Of a DNA stretch of 64,000 nt, positions 27,073 through 37,030 are shown in pieces (the stretch's first letter is position 1; each line of letters opens with the position of its first letter). The stretch comes from Trueperaceae bacterium (GTDB lineage: Bacteria > Deinococcota > Deinococci > Deinococcales > Trueperaceae). The notes beneath the pieces are model-generated. The model ran no database searches. It saw only the letters and a program-made list of their open reading frames with translations, and was not told the DNA's origin. A program made the position numbers and the translations under genes. The stretch lies in NCBI GenBank assembly GCA_965215565.1, contig CBDCDZ010000004.1, positions 160,001-224,000 on the forward strand. The letters are read 5' to 3'.

Positions 27073-28071
27073 TTAGCGCGGCTGCGCCTCTTCAGGGATG
27101 GTTACACCAACCTCTCTCCAGTAGCGGGCCGCGCCTGGATGTAAAGGGGTTTGCACACCTACCAGAGCCGTACCCGGGCCCATCTCACTCGCAACGCCGT
27201 TCGTCGGCTCCTGCATGAAGTATAGACCGACTTGGCTATAAACCGATTTGGTCATCTGATAGACCAGTTCCTCGTCCGTATCGGCAGAAACAACCCATAA
27301 ACCTGCGTCGCGGAAGGTCTCAACGTCCTCATCTATACCGCTAAAGGTTCCAGCGGGAATGACATATCTCGAGTAAAAGGGGTACTTATCGAAAAAACCC
27401 GCCGCCTCCGCCGCGCTGTAGGTGTTCAAGATAACAGCGTCGCCCGTTGAAGAGGTACGGATGACCGTCTCATTGGGCACACCGTAGAGCGCGTGATACG
27501 CCTGCACCTGCTGGTCTTTGAGCGCCTCAGAAGCATCTAAACCTGCAACGAGTACAGGATCGATTTCGTCGTAGAGTCCGAGCGTCGTTAAGAGACGCTC
27601 AGCAGAAAGCTGCGTGCCCGAACCCTCACCGCCTACCGCGACGGTCTTGCCCGCCAAGTCCTCGACTGACGTGACCCCTGCTCCCTCCAAGGTGACGAGC
27701 TGCGATACGGCGCTGTAGAGAAAGCCGATAACACGAACCTCGTTATAGGGTCCGTCTTCAGCAAAAATGCCCTCACCGTTGTAACTTAGAAAGACGTCAC
27801 CCGCGAACGCAACACCCATGTCCATCTCGCCCTCTTGGATGCGGCGGAGGTTCTCCCCCGAGCCCGCCGACTTCACCAAGCTGAGATTGAAGCCGTCGAT
27901 GCTTCGCCACAGGATATCGCTAACGCCCAACCCAAACGTATCAAAGGTGCCGCCGCGCGAGCCACCGCCCATCGAGAGAAAAACCTGGCTAGCGGACGTG
28001 ACGCCGAGTCCAAAACACAGGGTGAAGATGACGCCTAATGCGCCTATTCCTCGCCAAAATCTGTAGTGCAT
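27073..28071 (-). CDS. TAXI-family TRAP solute-binding protein
   Basis: GGGSRGGTF, SAGSGEN, G..GSGT, PLHPGAARYWRE; GGAGG RBS. Confidence 0.92.
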   Translation of the reverse strand: MHYRFWRGIGALGVIFTLCFGLGVTSASQVFLSMGGGSRGGTFDTFGLGVSDILWRSIDGFNLSLVKSAGSGENLRRIQEGEMDMGVAFAGDVFLSYNGEGIFAEDGPYNEVRVIGFLYSAVSQLVTLEGAGVTSVEDLAGKTVAVGGEGSGTQLSAERLLTTLGLYDEIDPVLVAGLDASEALKDQQVQAYHALYGVPNETVIRTSSTGDAVILNTYSAAEAAGFFDKYPFYSRYVIPAGTFSGIDEDVETFRDAGLWVVSADTDEELVYQMTKSVYSQVGLYFMQEPTNGVASEMGPGTALVGVQTPLHPGAARYWREVGVTIPEEAQPR

Positions 28072-28230
28072 GACCAAGCCTCCAAAGAACTGGTCCTCCA
28101 AAGAGTTGGATGCCAGAAAAGCCTTTCGAGAATAGCGCACGCTGTCATGAGTATCGGTAAACTAGGCGGGAGTTTCTTTCATTATTGGAATTTGCATGTT
28201 CCATCTCGCAGCTATACTACTACGCAAAGC

Positions 28231-28256
28231 GAAGTGCTCCGCTAGCGGAGCACTTC
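28231..28256. terminator. Palindromic hairpin downstream of glnA
   Basis: GAAGTGCTCCGCTAGCGGAGCACTTC. Confidence 0.65.
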
Positions 28257-28275
28257 TTTTCAACTTGAGTCAATC

Positions 28276-29685
28276 TTACAGATCGAAGTACATTTCATAC
28301 TCGATTGGTGATGGGCGCAACCTCGCCGCGTCCACGTCCTCGCGCTTGAGTTCGGTGTAGCTCGCCAAGAGGTCCTCGGTGAAGACGCCCCCTTCGGTGA
28401 GGAAGTCGGTGTCTTTCTCCAAGGCGTCTAGCGCCTCTTCCAAGCTCCTAGGAAGCTGCTTGATGCGCCGCGCTTCGCGGGCGGAAAGCGCGTAGAGGTT
28501 TTTGTCCACAGGCTTAGGTGGTTCCAACTCGCGCTTGATGCCGTCCAAACCTGCCATCAGCATGGCGCTGAAGGCGAGATACGGGTTTGCAGTAGGATCG
28601 GGGGCGCGGTACTCGACGCGCTTGGCTTTAGGCGAGCTTGAATACATCGGCACGCGCACAATCGCGCTGCGGTTCCTAGCCGAAATAATGAGGTTGACGG
28701 GCGCTTCGTAGCCGGGCACCAAGCGGCGGTAGGAGTTCACCGTCGGATTGGTTAGCGCAGCCAAAGCGGGACCATGCGTCAAGAGGCCCGCGACGTAGTG
28801 CATCGCCATTTTAGAGAGTCCGGCGTAGCCGTCCTCATCGTAGAAGAGCGGCTCACCGTCCTTCCACAGGGATTGGTGGACGTGCATCCCGGAGCCGTTG
28901 TCGCCGGAGATCGGCTTGGGCATAAATGTGGCGGTTTTGCCTAACGCCGTCGCCGTATTGCGCACCACGTACTTGTACTTGATGATGTGGTCCGCCACGG
29001 TGAGGAGCGTGTCGAACTTCATGTCGATCTCGGCTTGCCCGGCAGTAGCCACCTCGTGGTGATGGACTTCGATAGGGATGCCGATGCCCTCCAACTCCTT
29101 GACCATCGCGCTACGTAGGTCCTGGTACTTGTCCGAAGGGGCGCAGGGGAAGTAGCCGCCCTTAGGCTTGACCCAGTAGCCGTCGCCGACTTCGTCGGGG
29201 TCAGTGTGGGCGTCCACGGCGAAGATGCGGTAGCCGAAGTTGTAGGGGTCGGTGCTGTAGGTGACGCCGTCGAAGATGAAGAACTCGGCTTCCGGTCCCA
29301 TAAAGGAGGTATCGGCGACGCCCGAATCCTTGAGGTGCGCCTCAGCGCGCTTGGCGACGCCGCGCGGGTCTTTGCTGTACAGCTCGCCGGAAATCGGGTC
29401 AGAGATGTCCGCGATCAAGACGAGCGTCTTGTGCGCGGTGAAGGGGTCGACGAAGGCGCTGCTCGGGTCGGGGGTTAGGAGCATGTCCGAAGCTTCGATC
29501 TGCTGAAAGCCTTCGATGGACGAGCCGTCGAAACCCAAGCCCTCGTCGAAGGCGTCGTCGTCGAAACCGCTCACCGGCAAGCTGAAGTGCTGCCAACGCC
29601 CTGCAACGTCAGTGAAACGGATGTCGATAAATTCGACGTCCTCGTCTTTGATGAATTTGAGGGTTTCTTTAGCATTTTGGAACAT
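28276..29685 (-). CDS. glnA: Type I glutamine synthetase (GSI-beta-like)
   Basis: FDGSSI, GPEAEFF, HHEVATAGQ, FMPKP..GDNGSGMH, adenylylation-type KNLY motif. Confidence 0.95.
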   Translation of the reverse strand: MFQNAKETLKFIKDEDVEFIDIRFTDVAGRWQHFSLPVSGFDDDAFDEGLGFDGSSIEGFQQIEASDMLLTPDPSSAFVDPFTAHKTLVLIADISDPISGELYSKDPRGVAKRAEAHLKDSGVADTSFMGPEAEFFIFDGVTYSTDPYNFGYRIFAVDAHTDPDEVGDGYWVKPKGGYFPCAPSDKYQDLRSAMVKELEGIGIPIEVHHHEVATAGQAEIDMKFDTLLTVADHIIKYKYVVRNTATALGKTATFMPKPISGDNGSGMHVHQSLWKDGEPLFYDEDGYAGLSKMAMHYVAGLLTHGPALAALTNPTVNSYRRLVPGYEAPVNLIISARNRSAIVRVPMYSSSPKAKRVEYRAPDPTANPYLAFSAMLMAGLDGIKRELEPPKPVDKNLYALSAREARRIKQLPRSLEEALDALEKDTDFLTEGGVFTEDLLASYTELKREDVDAARLRPSPIEYEMYFDL

Positions 29686-30210
29686 GAATAGGAGCCACCT
29701 CTCAAGAGAAAGTCGTCCCAATATATCGAGTGGTACGCACATTGTCAATGCTTTTGTGGCAAAATGTCCGGTTTAAGTTCAACAACGTAATAGTTTTTGC
29801 TAGACTGAAGTCAATAAGTCGTCTATAGGCCACTAAGCGTACATTTTTATCTACACAAGTTGACAAAACTAGGTTGCGCAGATGTTTATATCCAGGGCAG
29901 TCTGACGTCTACATCTGTAGCTGGAGGGACGCCACGTGAGTCTATCATTTCAGTACAGTTGTGCAGAGAAATAAGCACGCGCTTTTGGAAAAGGTACGAG
30001 AATGCAGGCGAGTGACTTGACAACGCGCGCGTAGGTGCGTCATGCTCAGCACAGCTTGATCTGTTTTGATATCAGGGCATGTCGGGGTAGGTTATCGCAG
30101 ATACCACTAGGGCGTGCGCCCAAGGCGCATCACTGCAAAGTGAGCGCGTTTCTGATCGGCTCCGAACGCCAGTGAGACGAATGACATTCGCATCTTCCGG
30201 GAGGCTTTAC

Positions 30211-31551
30211 ATGGCGGCATCTAAGTCTGACATCCACAAGACGCTCGAAAATGAGGGTGTCCAATTTTTACGGCTCCAGTTCACCGACATTATGGGACAT
30301 AACAAAAACGTCGAGGTGCCCGCCTCGCAGTTCGAAAAGGCGTTGGACGGCGAGATGATGTTCGACGGTTCGTCCGTGGAGGGGTTCACCCGCATCGAAG
30401 AGTCCGACATGCTCTTAAAGCCCGACTTCGAAACGTTCTTAGTTTTTCCTGACCTCATTGAAGATGCCGGACGCGGGCGCGTCGCCCGTCTGATCTGCGA
30501 CATCACCTACCCGGACGACACACCCTTCGAGGGCGATCCGCGCTATATCCTCAAACGCCAGGTCGAGCGGCTTCAGAAGCTGGGCTTCGACGACATGTAC
30601 GCGGGACCGGAGCCGGAGTTCTTCCTATTCGAGCGCGACGTGAATGGCGGTGTGACCACCGTCACCCACGACGCCGCCGGTTACTTCGACCTCGCGCCCG
30701 TCGACAGAGGAGAAGAGGCCCGGCGCGACATGGTCAACGCTCTAGTCGAGATGGGCTTCGAGATCGAGGCGGCGCACCACGAAGTCGCGCCGGGCCAGCA
30801 CGAGATCGACTTCAAATACGACAAAGCTGTCGCCACTGCCGATTCCATCGCCACCTTCCGCTTGGTGGTGAAGCGCGTCGCTATGAACCATGGACTCCAC
30901 GCGACGTTCATGCCGAAGCCCGTTGCGGGCATCAACGGTTCGGGGATGCATACGCACCTCTCGCTCTTTAAGGACGGCAAAAACGCTTTTTTCGAAGAAG
31001 GCGCGGAGCATCAGCTTTCGCAGACAGCGCTCCACTGGATTGCGGGCCTACTAGAACACGCGAGCGGCATGGTGGCGCTGACTAACCCTATCGTCAACTC
31101 GTATAAGCGCCTCACGCCGGGCTTCGAAGCGCCCACCAATATCGCCTGGTCCGCCTCGAATAGGAGCGCGATGATCCGCATCCCGGCGCGGCGCGGCGTC
31201 GGCACGCGCAGCGAACTGCGGATGCCTGACCCTGCTTGCAACCCCTACCTGGCGCTCGCCGCGATGCTCGCCGCCGGAATAGACGGGCTCGAGAATAAGC
31301 TCACGCCGCCGCCACCCATCCAGCGCAACATCTACGAGATGAGCGTGCGCGACCGCCGCAAACATAAAATCAAAGAGTTGCCGGGGACGCTCCGCGAGGC
31401 GATTCAAGCCCTGCGCAAGGACCGGGTCATGAAAAACGCCTTGGGCGAACACGCCTTTAACCACTTTTTAGACGCGAAGACGATGGAGTTCGACGCTTAT
31501 AGGGTGACGGTGCATGATTGGGAGCTGCGGGAGTACTTAGCGGAATTTTAG
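30211..31551 (+). CDS. glnA: Type I glutamine synthetase (GSI-alpha-like)
   Basis: [50 protein letters not shown]. Confidence 0.95.
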   Translation: MAASKSDIHKTLENEGVQFLRLQFTDIMGHNKNVEVPASQFEKALDGEMMFDGSSVEGFTRIEESDMLLKPDFETFLVFPDLIEDAGRGRVARLICDITYPDDTPFEGDPRYILKRQVERLQKLGFDDMYAGPEPEFFLFERDVNGGVTTVTHDAAGYFDLAPVDRGEEARRDMVNALVEMGFEIEAAHHEVAPGQHEIDFKYDKAVATADSIATFRLVVKRVAMNHGLHATFMPKPVAGINGSGMHTHLSLFKDGKNAFFEEGAEHQLSQTALHWIAGLLEHASGMVALTNPIVNSYKRLTPGFEAPTNIAWSASNRSAMIRIPARRGVGTRSELRMPDPACNPYLALAAMLAAGIDGLENKLTPPPPIQRNIYEMSVRDRRKHKIKELPGTLREAIQALRKDRVMKNALGEHAFNHFLDAKTMEFDAYRVTVHDWELREYLAEF

Positions 31552-31739
31552 TTGTTTTGCTCGGTGCTCGAGTTGGGGTCATACAAGTCGCGCATCTGCC
31601 TCACCAGAAAAAACGCCAGCACATTCCTGAAGTTCTTGGTTTTGTCGTCACTCTCTCCCATTTTGAGGAACTGATGGATGAGAAAGTCATCAGGATACGC
31701 TTTGCTCGCCTTTTTGATAATCTCGTCTAAATTCGACAT
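31548..31739 (-). CDS. Small hypothetical protein (possibly truncated)
   Basis: 63-aa ORF with GAGG RBS; overlaps the glnA stop. Confidence 0.45.
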   Translation of the reverse strand: MSNLDEIIKKASKAYPDDFLIHQFLKMGESDDKTKNFRNVLAFFLVRQMRDLYDPNSSTEQNN

Positions 31740-31804
31740 CTCGCCTCACTTCGCTGTAGTTTACCGGAAAGCGAGCGGCGCACTAGGTGAAGCGTAGGGG
31801 GTAA

Positions 31805-31892
31805 TACGAGGTTGCAAAACTAAGCCATGCCCATCTGTGATGATAAGCTCTAACGTTACCAGTAAGGATTAAGTAAGCTGTGCAATTCCGTA
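31805..31892 (+). mobile_element. MITE-like family B copy (left palindrome arm deleted)
   Basis: TACGAGGTTGCAAAACTAAGCC...TGCAATTCCGTA. Confidence 0.8.
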
Positions 31893-31895
31893 TAA

Positions 31896-32615
31896 CTAGC
31901 GCGGTTCCGCCTCTAGAACCCCATTTTTCAGATGGTAGCGGGCGTCCACCTGCTCTACTAACCCTTCATCGTGCGTGACCATCAAAACCGCGCTGCCCTC
32001 TTCACGCGCCAGCTCGACGAGGAGTTCGTACACGGCTCTGGCGCTCTGGCGGTCCAAACTGCCGGTGGGCTCGTCCGCTAAGATGACGCCGGGGCGGTTG
32101 TAGAGCGCGCGCGCCACCGCTACGCGCTGCCGCTCGCCGCCTGAGAGCTTTTTGGGCAAGAAGCGCATACGCTCCGAGAGCCCTACCCGGCTGAGCAAAT
32201 CTCTACCCCTCGCCGCGTTCACCTCGCCGCCGATACGTCCTGGCAGCGTCACGTTTTCCAGCACGCTCAAATCTTCTAGCAAATAGTGTTGCTGGAAGAT
32301 GAGCCCTATCTTGCGGGTGCGCAAGGAGGCGAGCACGCGCTGGTCCAGGGCGTGAACGGCTCTTTCGCCCCAATAAATCTCGCCCGACGTAGGTCTGTCC
32401 AGACCGCCCAAAAGGTGCAAGAGCGTGCTTTTGCCCGAGCCTGAGGGTCCCAAAATGGCGACGACTTGTGCGGGCGCTAAGGTCAAGTTGACGCCCCTAA
32501 GAATCTCGAGCCGCGCTTCGGGGGTGTCGAAAGCGCGGTGCACGTCTGAGCAGCGTAGCGGGGGCGGGCTCGTATGTTGAACGGACGCGCGTGGTGCTTG
32601 AGGAGACACAGACAT
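31896..32615 (-). CDS. LolD-like ABC transporter ATP-binding protein
   Basis: GPSGSGKST, LSGGERQR, LADEPTGSLD, VTHD. Confidence 0.92.
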   Translation of the reverse strand: MSVSPQAPRASVQHTSPPPLRCSDVHRAFDTPEARLEILRGVNLTLAPAQVVAILGPSGSGKSTLLHLLGGLDRPTSGEIYWGERAVHALDQRVLASLRTRKIGLIFQQHYLLEDLSVLENVTLPGRIGGEVNAARGRDLLSRVGLSERMRFLPKKLSGGERQRVAVARALYNRPGVILADEPTGSLDRQSARAVYELLVELAREEGSAVLMVTHDEGLVEQVDARYHLKNGVLEAEPR

Positions 32616-32823
32616 CACGGACGTTAATATAACCACAGTTGTCCCAAACCCCTGTAACCGCGCACAGCGCTATGCTACGCTATGGGCTAATGATGTGTTC
32701 TAGTAGCTATGACGACTTAGGGTGTAGACAGGGCGGGACAGTCGCATACGGTTTTTTCACCCATCCTTTAAGAGATAGGGCGCGGTATGTAGGCGCGCAA
32801 CACCTCAAGGGAGTGAACGGCTG

Positions 32824-33519
32824 ATGGCGTCTCAGTTCACCCACTTTCTTTCGCAAGTCCCACTTTTCAAAGGTGCCCCCGAGCGCGCCCTGGAAATCGC
32901 CGCTGAGTCCCTCCAGCCCAAGCGCATCGGCAAGGACGACATCTTGTTCCGCGAGGGCGACATGGGCGAGGTGCTCTACATCCTCGCCGAAGGGATGGTC
33001 AAGCTCTACAAAATTGACCTGGAGGGTCACGAGAAGACCTTGGCGGTCTTGAAGCCGCCCGAATTCTTCGGCGAGATGGCGCTTTTGGGCGAGCAAGGGC
33101 GCAGCGCCGCCGCTATCTCCATACGCGACACGCTCGTCTACATGCTCTTCAAGGACGACTTCAACAAGCTCATCGGCGAGTACCCGAGCATCAACTTGAA
33201 CGTGACCTATACGCTGGCGCAGCGCTTACGTGGCATGGGCGACGAGGCGCAGGTCTTGTCCTATAAGGACGCGCAAGGGCGCGTCGCTTACGTGCTTCTG
33301 CGGCTCTACCGGGGCGGCTTAATTGACTTCGCCGACGAAGGCACGGCGCTTTTGCGCCTCACCCATCAAGAGCTGGCGAGCTTAGCAGGTACGAGCCGCG
33401 AGACGGTGACGCGGGCGCTCAAAGCGTTGGAGGGCGAAGCGGTCATCAGCACGAAGCCGCGCGAGGTGTTCATTAACGATCCAGAGGGGCTCGAGGAGAT
33501 TTTGCACGGCGTCCGCTAG
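32824..33519 (+). CDS. Crp/Fnr family transcriptional regulator
   Basis: FGEMALL...RSA cNMP-binding domain; HTH THQELASLAGTSRETVTR. Confidence 0.95.
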   Translation: MASQFTHFLSQVPLFKGAPERALEIAAESLQPKRIGKDDILFREGDMGEVLYILAEGMVKLYKIDLEGHEKTLAVLKPPEFFGEMALLGEQGRSAAAISIRDTLVYMLFKDDFNKLIGEYPSINLNVTYTLAQRLRGMGDEAQVLSYKDAQGRVAYVLLRLYRGGLIDFADEGTALLRLTHQELASLAGTSRETVTRALKALEGEAVISTKPREVFINDPEGLEEILHGVR

Positions 33520-33562
33520 ACCCCTGCCCCCTGCGCCGACAGGCTTAGCGCACCTGCGCGTC

Positions 33563-34828
33563 ATGGAGCGCGCGGCGGCGTATCCTAATGGCGCGGTAAC
33601 CATGCTCCACGAGCGCTACGGTCCCGTGTTCGCCTTCGGCTTCGGCGCGCTGCGCTTCACCTGGCTCATCGGCGCGGACGCCAACCGCTTCATGCTGCAA
33701 GACGCCGCCGAGCACTTCACGCTGCGCCGCGCTTACCGCTTCTTGCAACCCATCACGGGCGACTACGCCCTCATCACCAGCGACGAGCCCGCGCACCTGC
33801 GCCGCCGCAGGCTGGTGCAGCCCGCGTTTCACCACAAGCGGCTCACTAGCGTCGTCCAACTGATCGACAGGCATCTGAACGACCTCTTGACGTCGCTCCC
33901 TTTGGGGCGACCTTTCGACCTCTACGGCGCGGTGCGCCCGAGCATCTTGCGCGTCATCTGCGAGACGCTGTTGGGGCGCGAGACGCTGCAGCGCACACCC
34001 GACCTTGTGACGCACGTCGGCGCGATGATGGCGTTCGCGAATCGCCCTTTCTTGGCGCAGCAATTTAGAGTTCCGCTGCCTGGAACGCCCTGGCAGCGTT
34101 TCGTGCGCTCGAGGCGCAGCGCGGACACGCTCCTCTTCGCGGAGATCGCGCGGCGGCGTGGCGCTGAGCCGACGGACGACGTCATCGGGATGCTTCTAGA
34201 GGCTAAGGACGAAGCGGGCGAGGGGCTCTCTGACCGGGAGGTGCGTGACCAAGCCGTGAGCCTCGTCTCGGCGGGCTTCGACACGACGAGCGCCGCGCTG
34301 AGTTGGGCGGTGTACGCACTTCTGACGCACCCCGACGTTCTAGGGCGTCTACGCGAAGAGGTCAGCGTACTAAAGGAACTGACGCTGGCGTCGCTCTCTC
34401 TTCCACACTTAGACCGCGTCGTCAAGGAGACGCTGCGGCTCTATCCGCCTGCGCCAGCGGGCTTGCGGCAAGCGGACAGAGACTTAGAGTACGCGGGCTA
34501 CGGGCTTAAAAAGGGAGAGCTGGTGGCGTTCTCGAGCCACCTCACCCACCGCCTAGCGCCCTACCGGGACCCGCTCACGTTCAACCCCGAACGCTGGAAC
34601 CCCCAAAGCGAAGCGGCTGACAAGCCGCCGCCCTTCGCCTATCTCCCCTTCGGCGGCGGTTCACGCTACTGCATCGGCGCGTCGCTCGCCACCACCATCC
34701 TTAAAGTAGGTCTCATCAGGCTGTTGCAGCGCTACGACGTCCGAGCCGCTTGGACCTCGCCCGTGCAGGAAACCGGCAACACCGTTCATCCTAAAAATGG
34801 CTTGTGGGTACGCCTCAGCGTTCGTTGA
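33563..34828 (+). CDS. Cytochrome P450 (true start possibly 33506)
   Basis: AGFDTT, KETLR, PERW, FGGGSRYCIG. Confidence 0.95.
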   Translation: MERAAAYPNGAVTMLHERYGPVFAFGFGALRFTWLIGADANRFMLQDAAEHFTLRRAYRFLQPITGDYALITSDEPAHLRRRRLVQPAFHHKRLTSVVQLIDRHLNDLLTSLPLGRPFDLYGAVRPSILRVICETLLGRETLQRTPDLVTHVGAMMAFANRPFLAQQFRVPLPGTPWQRFVRSRRSADTLLFAEIARRRGAEPTDDVIGMLLEAKDEAGEGLSDREVRDQAVSLVSAGFDTTSAALSWAVYALLTHPDVLGRLREEVSVLKELTLASLSLPHLDRVVKETLRLYPPAPAGLRQADRDLEYAGYGLKKGELVAFSSHLTHRLAPYRDPLTFNPERWNPQSEAADKPPPFAYLPFGGGSRYCIGASLATTILKVGLIRLLQRYDVRAAWTSPVQETGNTVHPKNGLWVRLSVR

Positions 34829-34876
34829 TACGAGTCTCATCGTCCTCCAAAATGCTGCTCGGTTGAGGTGCGTTTT

Positions 34877-35470
34877 CTATGCGCGCTTCGCCTCGATTCG
34901 TTTTTTCAAACGCGCTTTGACCTCAGCCCAGTCGCTATAAATAATTGAGAAGACCATCGTGTCGCGGACGTAGTCTCCTTTGGCGACGTGGTGCGCGCGC
35001 AGCGTTCCTTCGTACTGCGCGCCGAGCGCGCGGATCGCCCGCTGCGAGTGCGAATTGCGTGTGTCGGTGATGATGTGAACGCGCAAAAAGTTGAGCACCT
35101 CAAAGGCGTGTCGCAACATCAGGTACTTGCTCTCCACGTTGACGCTCGTGCCGTACACGTCGGGCGTCAGCCAGGTGAAGCCGAGTTCGGCGTTGCGGTG
35201 GCGCGGCGCGATGTCGGCGAAGCGGCTCGTGCCGACGATTTCGCCGCTCGGCTTATGGACGAGCGTAAAGGGATACGCCCGCCCCTGCTCACGCTCTTCA
35301 AAGGCGCGAGCGAAGTAAGCCTCAGCCTGTTCGTCCGTGACGGGCGTTGAGGTGTACCTAAACAGTTCGGGCGTCGCTTTGGCGATGGCCATGAGCGCCG
35401 GGATGTGCGCTTCGGCTAGGGGCTCGAGCCTCACGACGTCACCTTCTAGAACGAGCGGATGGGAGATCAT
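34877..35470 (-). CDS. GNAT (RimJ/RimL-like) acetyltransferase
   Basis: VRLEPL, ELGFTW, N..SQRAI..LGA.YEG.LR. Confidence 0.9.
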   Translation of the reverse strand: MISHPLVLEGDVVRLEPLAEAHIPALMAIAKATPELFRYTSTPVTDEQAEAYFARAFEEREQGRAYPFTLVHKPSGEIVGTSRFADIAPRHRNAELGFTWLTPDVYGTSVNVESKYLMLRHAFEVLNFLRVHIITDTRNSHSQRAIRALGAQYEGTLRAHHVAKGDYVRDTMVFSIIYSDWAEVKARLKKRIEAKRA

Positions 35471-35558
35471 GGGCTAGTCTAAAACATGGGCGTAGAGATA
35501 GCCAAAAGGGAGATAGCCAAAAGGCTGAACGAAAGCGTTGTAGGAGCAGTAAGCTAAA

Positions 35559-35611
35559 AGCAATGAGTCTAAAGAATTTCACTCATTGCTCATTGCTCGG
35601 TACTCATGGCT
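35559..35611. repeat. Heptamer-based (GAGCAAT/ATTGCTC) palindromic repeat, family C
   Basis: AGCAATGAGT...ACTCATTGCTCATTGCTC; related copies near 44609, 50262, 54255, 55881 and 62042. Confidence 0.75.
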
Positions 35612-35616
35612 GCTTT

Positions 35617-36279
35617 TTACCTTACTTGCTCACGCACCTCCGTGATGACCGGCGTCGGCGCGCTGAAGTCCACGTGCATAGGCACAATTTCGGCGTGCTC
35701 GATCTGGCGCTGCTGACCCAACATGCTGGTGATGACGACGGCGTGCGACACGACGATGAGCGTCTGCATGTGCTGGTAGCGGCTCAACACGCCTAAGATA
35801 CGCTCGCGCACCTCTTCGACGCTCTCCCAACTGCGCGCGTCGGGGGGCGGCACCTCACGCTCGCGCACGGGCGTGCGGCGGTCCACTTGTGGGGCGCCGC
35901 TCGAGTCGCGGTTCATGCGCCTATCTGCGAAGGGGATAAAACCGGTGTAGTAACTGAGCTGCTTATTCGCTTCCTGCTGAATCTGCTCGTCCACGTCGCC
36001 CAAGGGGTCTTTTTGCGGCAGCCATTCGTGCAGATCATATTCGACGTAGAAGGGTTGGTTGAGCGAGCGGCTCAAAATACCGGCGGACTCCAGCGCGCGC
36101 GCATACGATGAGCAGAGGATTCCCTCGGCCTCCTCCAAGCGGTAGTCGTTGGCGATGACGCTGATCTGCATCCTGCCGAGCTGAGTCAGCGGCGCGAACG
36201 AGCGCGCCCAACCGCGCACACCCCGCGCTTCTAGAGCGTGCCAGTCCGTCTCGCCGTGACGGATAAAAAAAAGTTTCAC
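35617..36279 (-). CDS. Histidine phosphatase family protein
   Basis: FIRHGE, SS..RA.ES, L.EW, VVSH. Confidence 0.88.
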   Translation of the reverse strand: MKLFFIRHGETDWHALEARGVRGWARSFAPLTQLGRMQISVIANDYRLEEAEGILCSSYARALESAGILSRSLNQPFYVEYDLHEWLPQKDPLGDVDEQIQQEANKQLSYYTGFIPFADRRMNRDSSGAPQVDRRTPVREREVPPPDARSWESVEEVRERILGVLSRYQHMQTLIVVSHAVVITSMLGQQRQIEHAEIVPMHVDFSAPTPVITEVREQVR

Positions 36280-36432
36280 ACCACTGCCTTTCGTGACCCT
36301 CTCGGGCACGCCGAGTCCACCCGGATGAGCGGCGCACGCGCATGAGAAAAAGTATAGACGTAGGTTAGCATCCAATTCACCCTCTAAGCTTAACGTGGCT
36401 TATAAGAACGCAGCTATGCGAAGTTTAACTTT

Positions 36433-36543
36433 TAGCAGGTATCATCTGGTCAGCTACACTCTCACTAAAAAGAACATCGCCTAGCACGCACGTTCAGGGA
36501 TGATATCTGCGGAGAAGTGTAGCAACGATAAGTGGAACTGCTA
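36433..36543 (+). mobile_element. MITE family A copy (111 bp, empty form)
   Basis: TAGCAGGTATCATCTGGTCAG...AAGTGGAACTGCTA. Confidence 0.92.
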
Positions 36544-36557
36544 TTTATTCGTAGCAG

Positions 36558-36983
36558 GTTACTTCGTTCCGTCTCCTCTCGAAAGGAGCAGCCTACGCAA
36601 GGCTTTACTTCGCGGAGATAGCTTCGCTCAATCAAAGTCTAGTCTGCAGTCCATTTCAGTATGTTTCGGAACTTCTACCCGTGCAGGCGCACCAGAAACG
36701 CTCCTCTAGTTCATCTTGTGGAAGGCGTTCACATCCGCTACAATAGTTCATGAATTTTACAGATGCAACAGTTACTTCGTTCCGTCTCCTCTCGAAAGGA
36801 GCAGCCTACGCAAGGCTTTACTTCGCGGAGATAGCTTCGCTCAATCAAAGTCTAGTCTGCAGTCCATTTCAGTATGTTTCGGAACTTCTACCCGTGCAGG
36901 CGCACCAGAAACGCTCCTCTAGTTCATCTTGTGGAAGGCGTTCACATCCGCTACAATAGTTCATGAATTTTACAGATGCAACA
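36558..36983. repeat. Direct tandem duplication, 2 x 213 bp
   Basis: 36558-36770 and 36771-36983 appear identical. Confidence 0.95.
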
Positions 36984-37030
36984 GATGCGCGCCCTTTACG
37001 CAACCCTTATCGCAACGTCAGGAGCGAGTT

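Noticed and set aside
29686..30210. Glutamine riboswitch or GlnR box between the glnA genes
   Set aside because: No convincing TGTNA-N7-TNACA or riboswitch consensus by eye; an Rfam scan would decide
36558..36983. Paired ORFs 36500-36709 and 36716-36922, and the long N-terminal extension of proline dehydrogenase
   Set aside because: These arise from the MITE and the 213-bp duplication; the RBS supports a start at 37031
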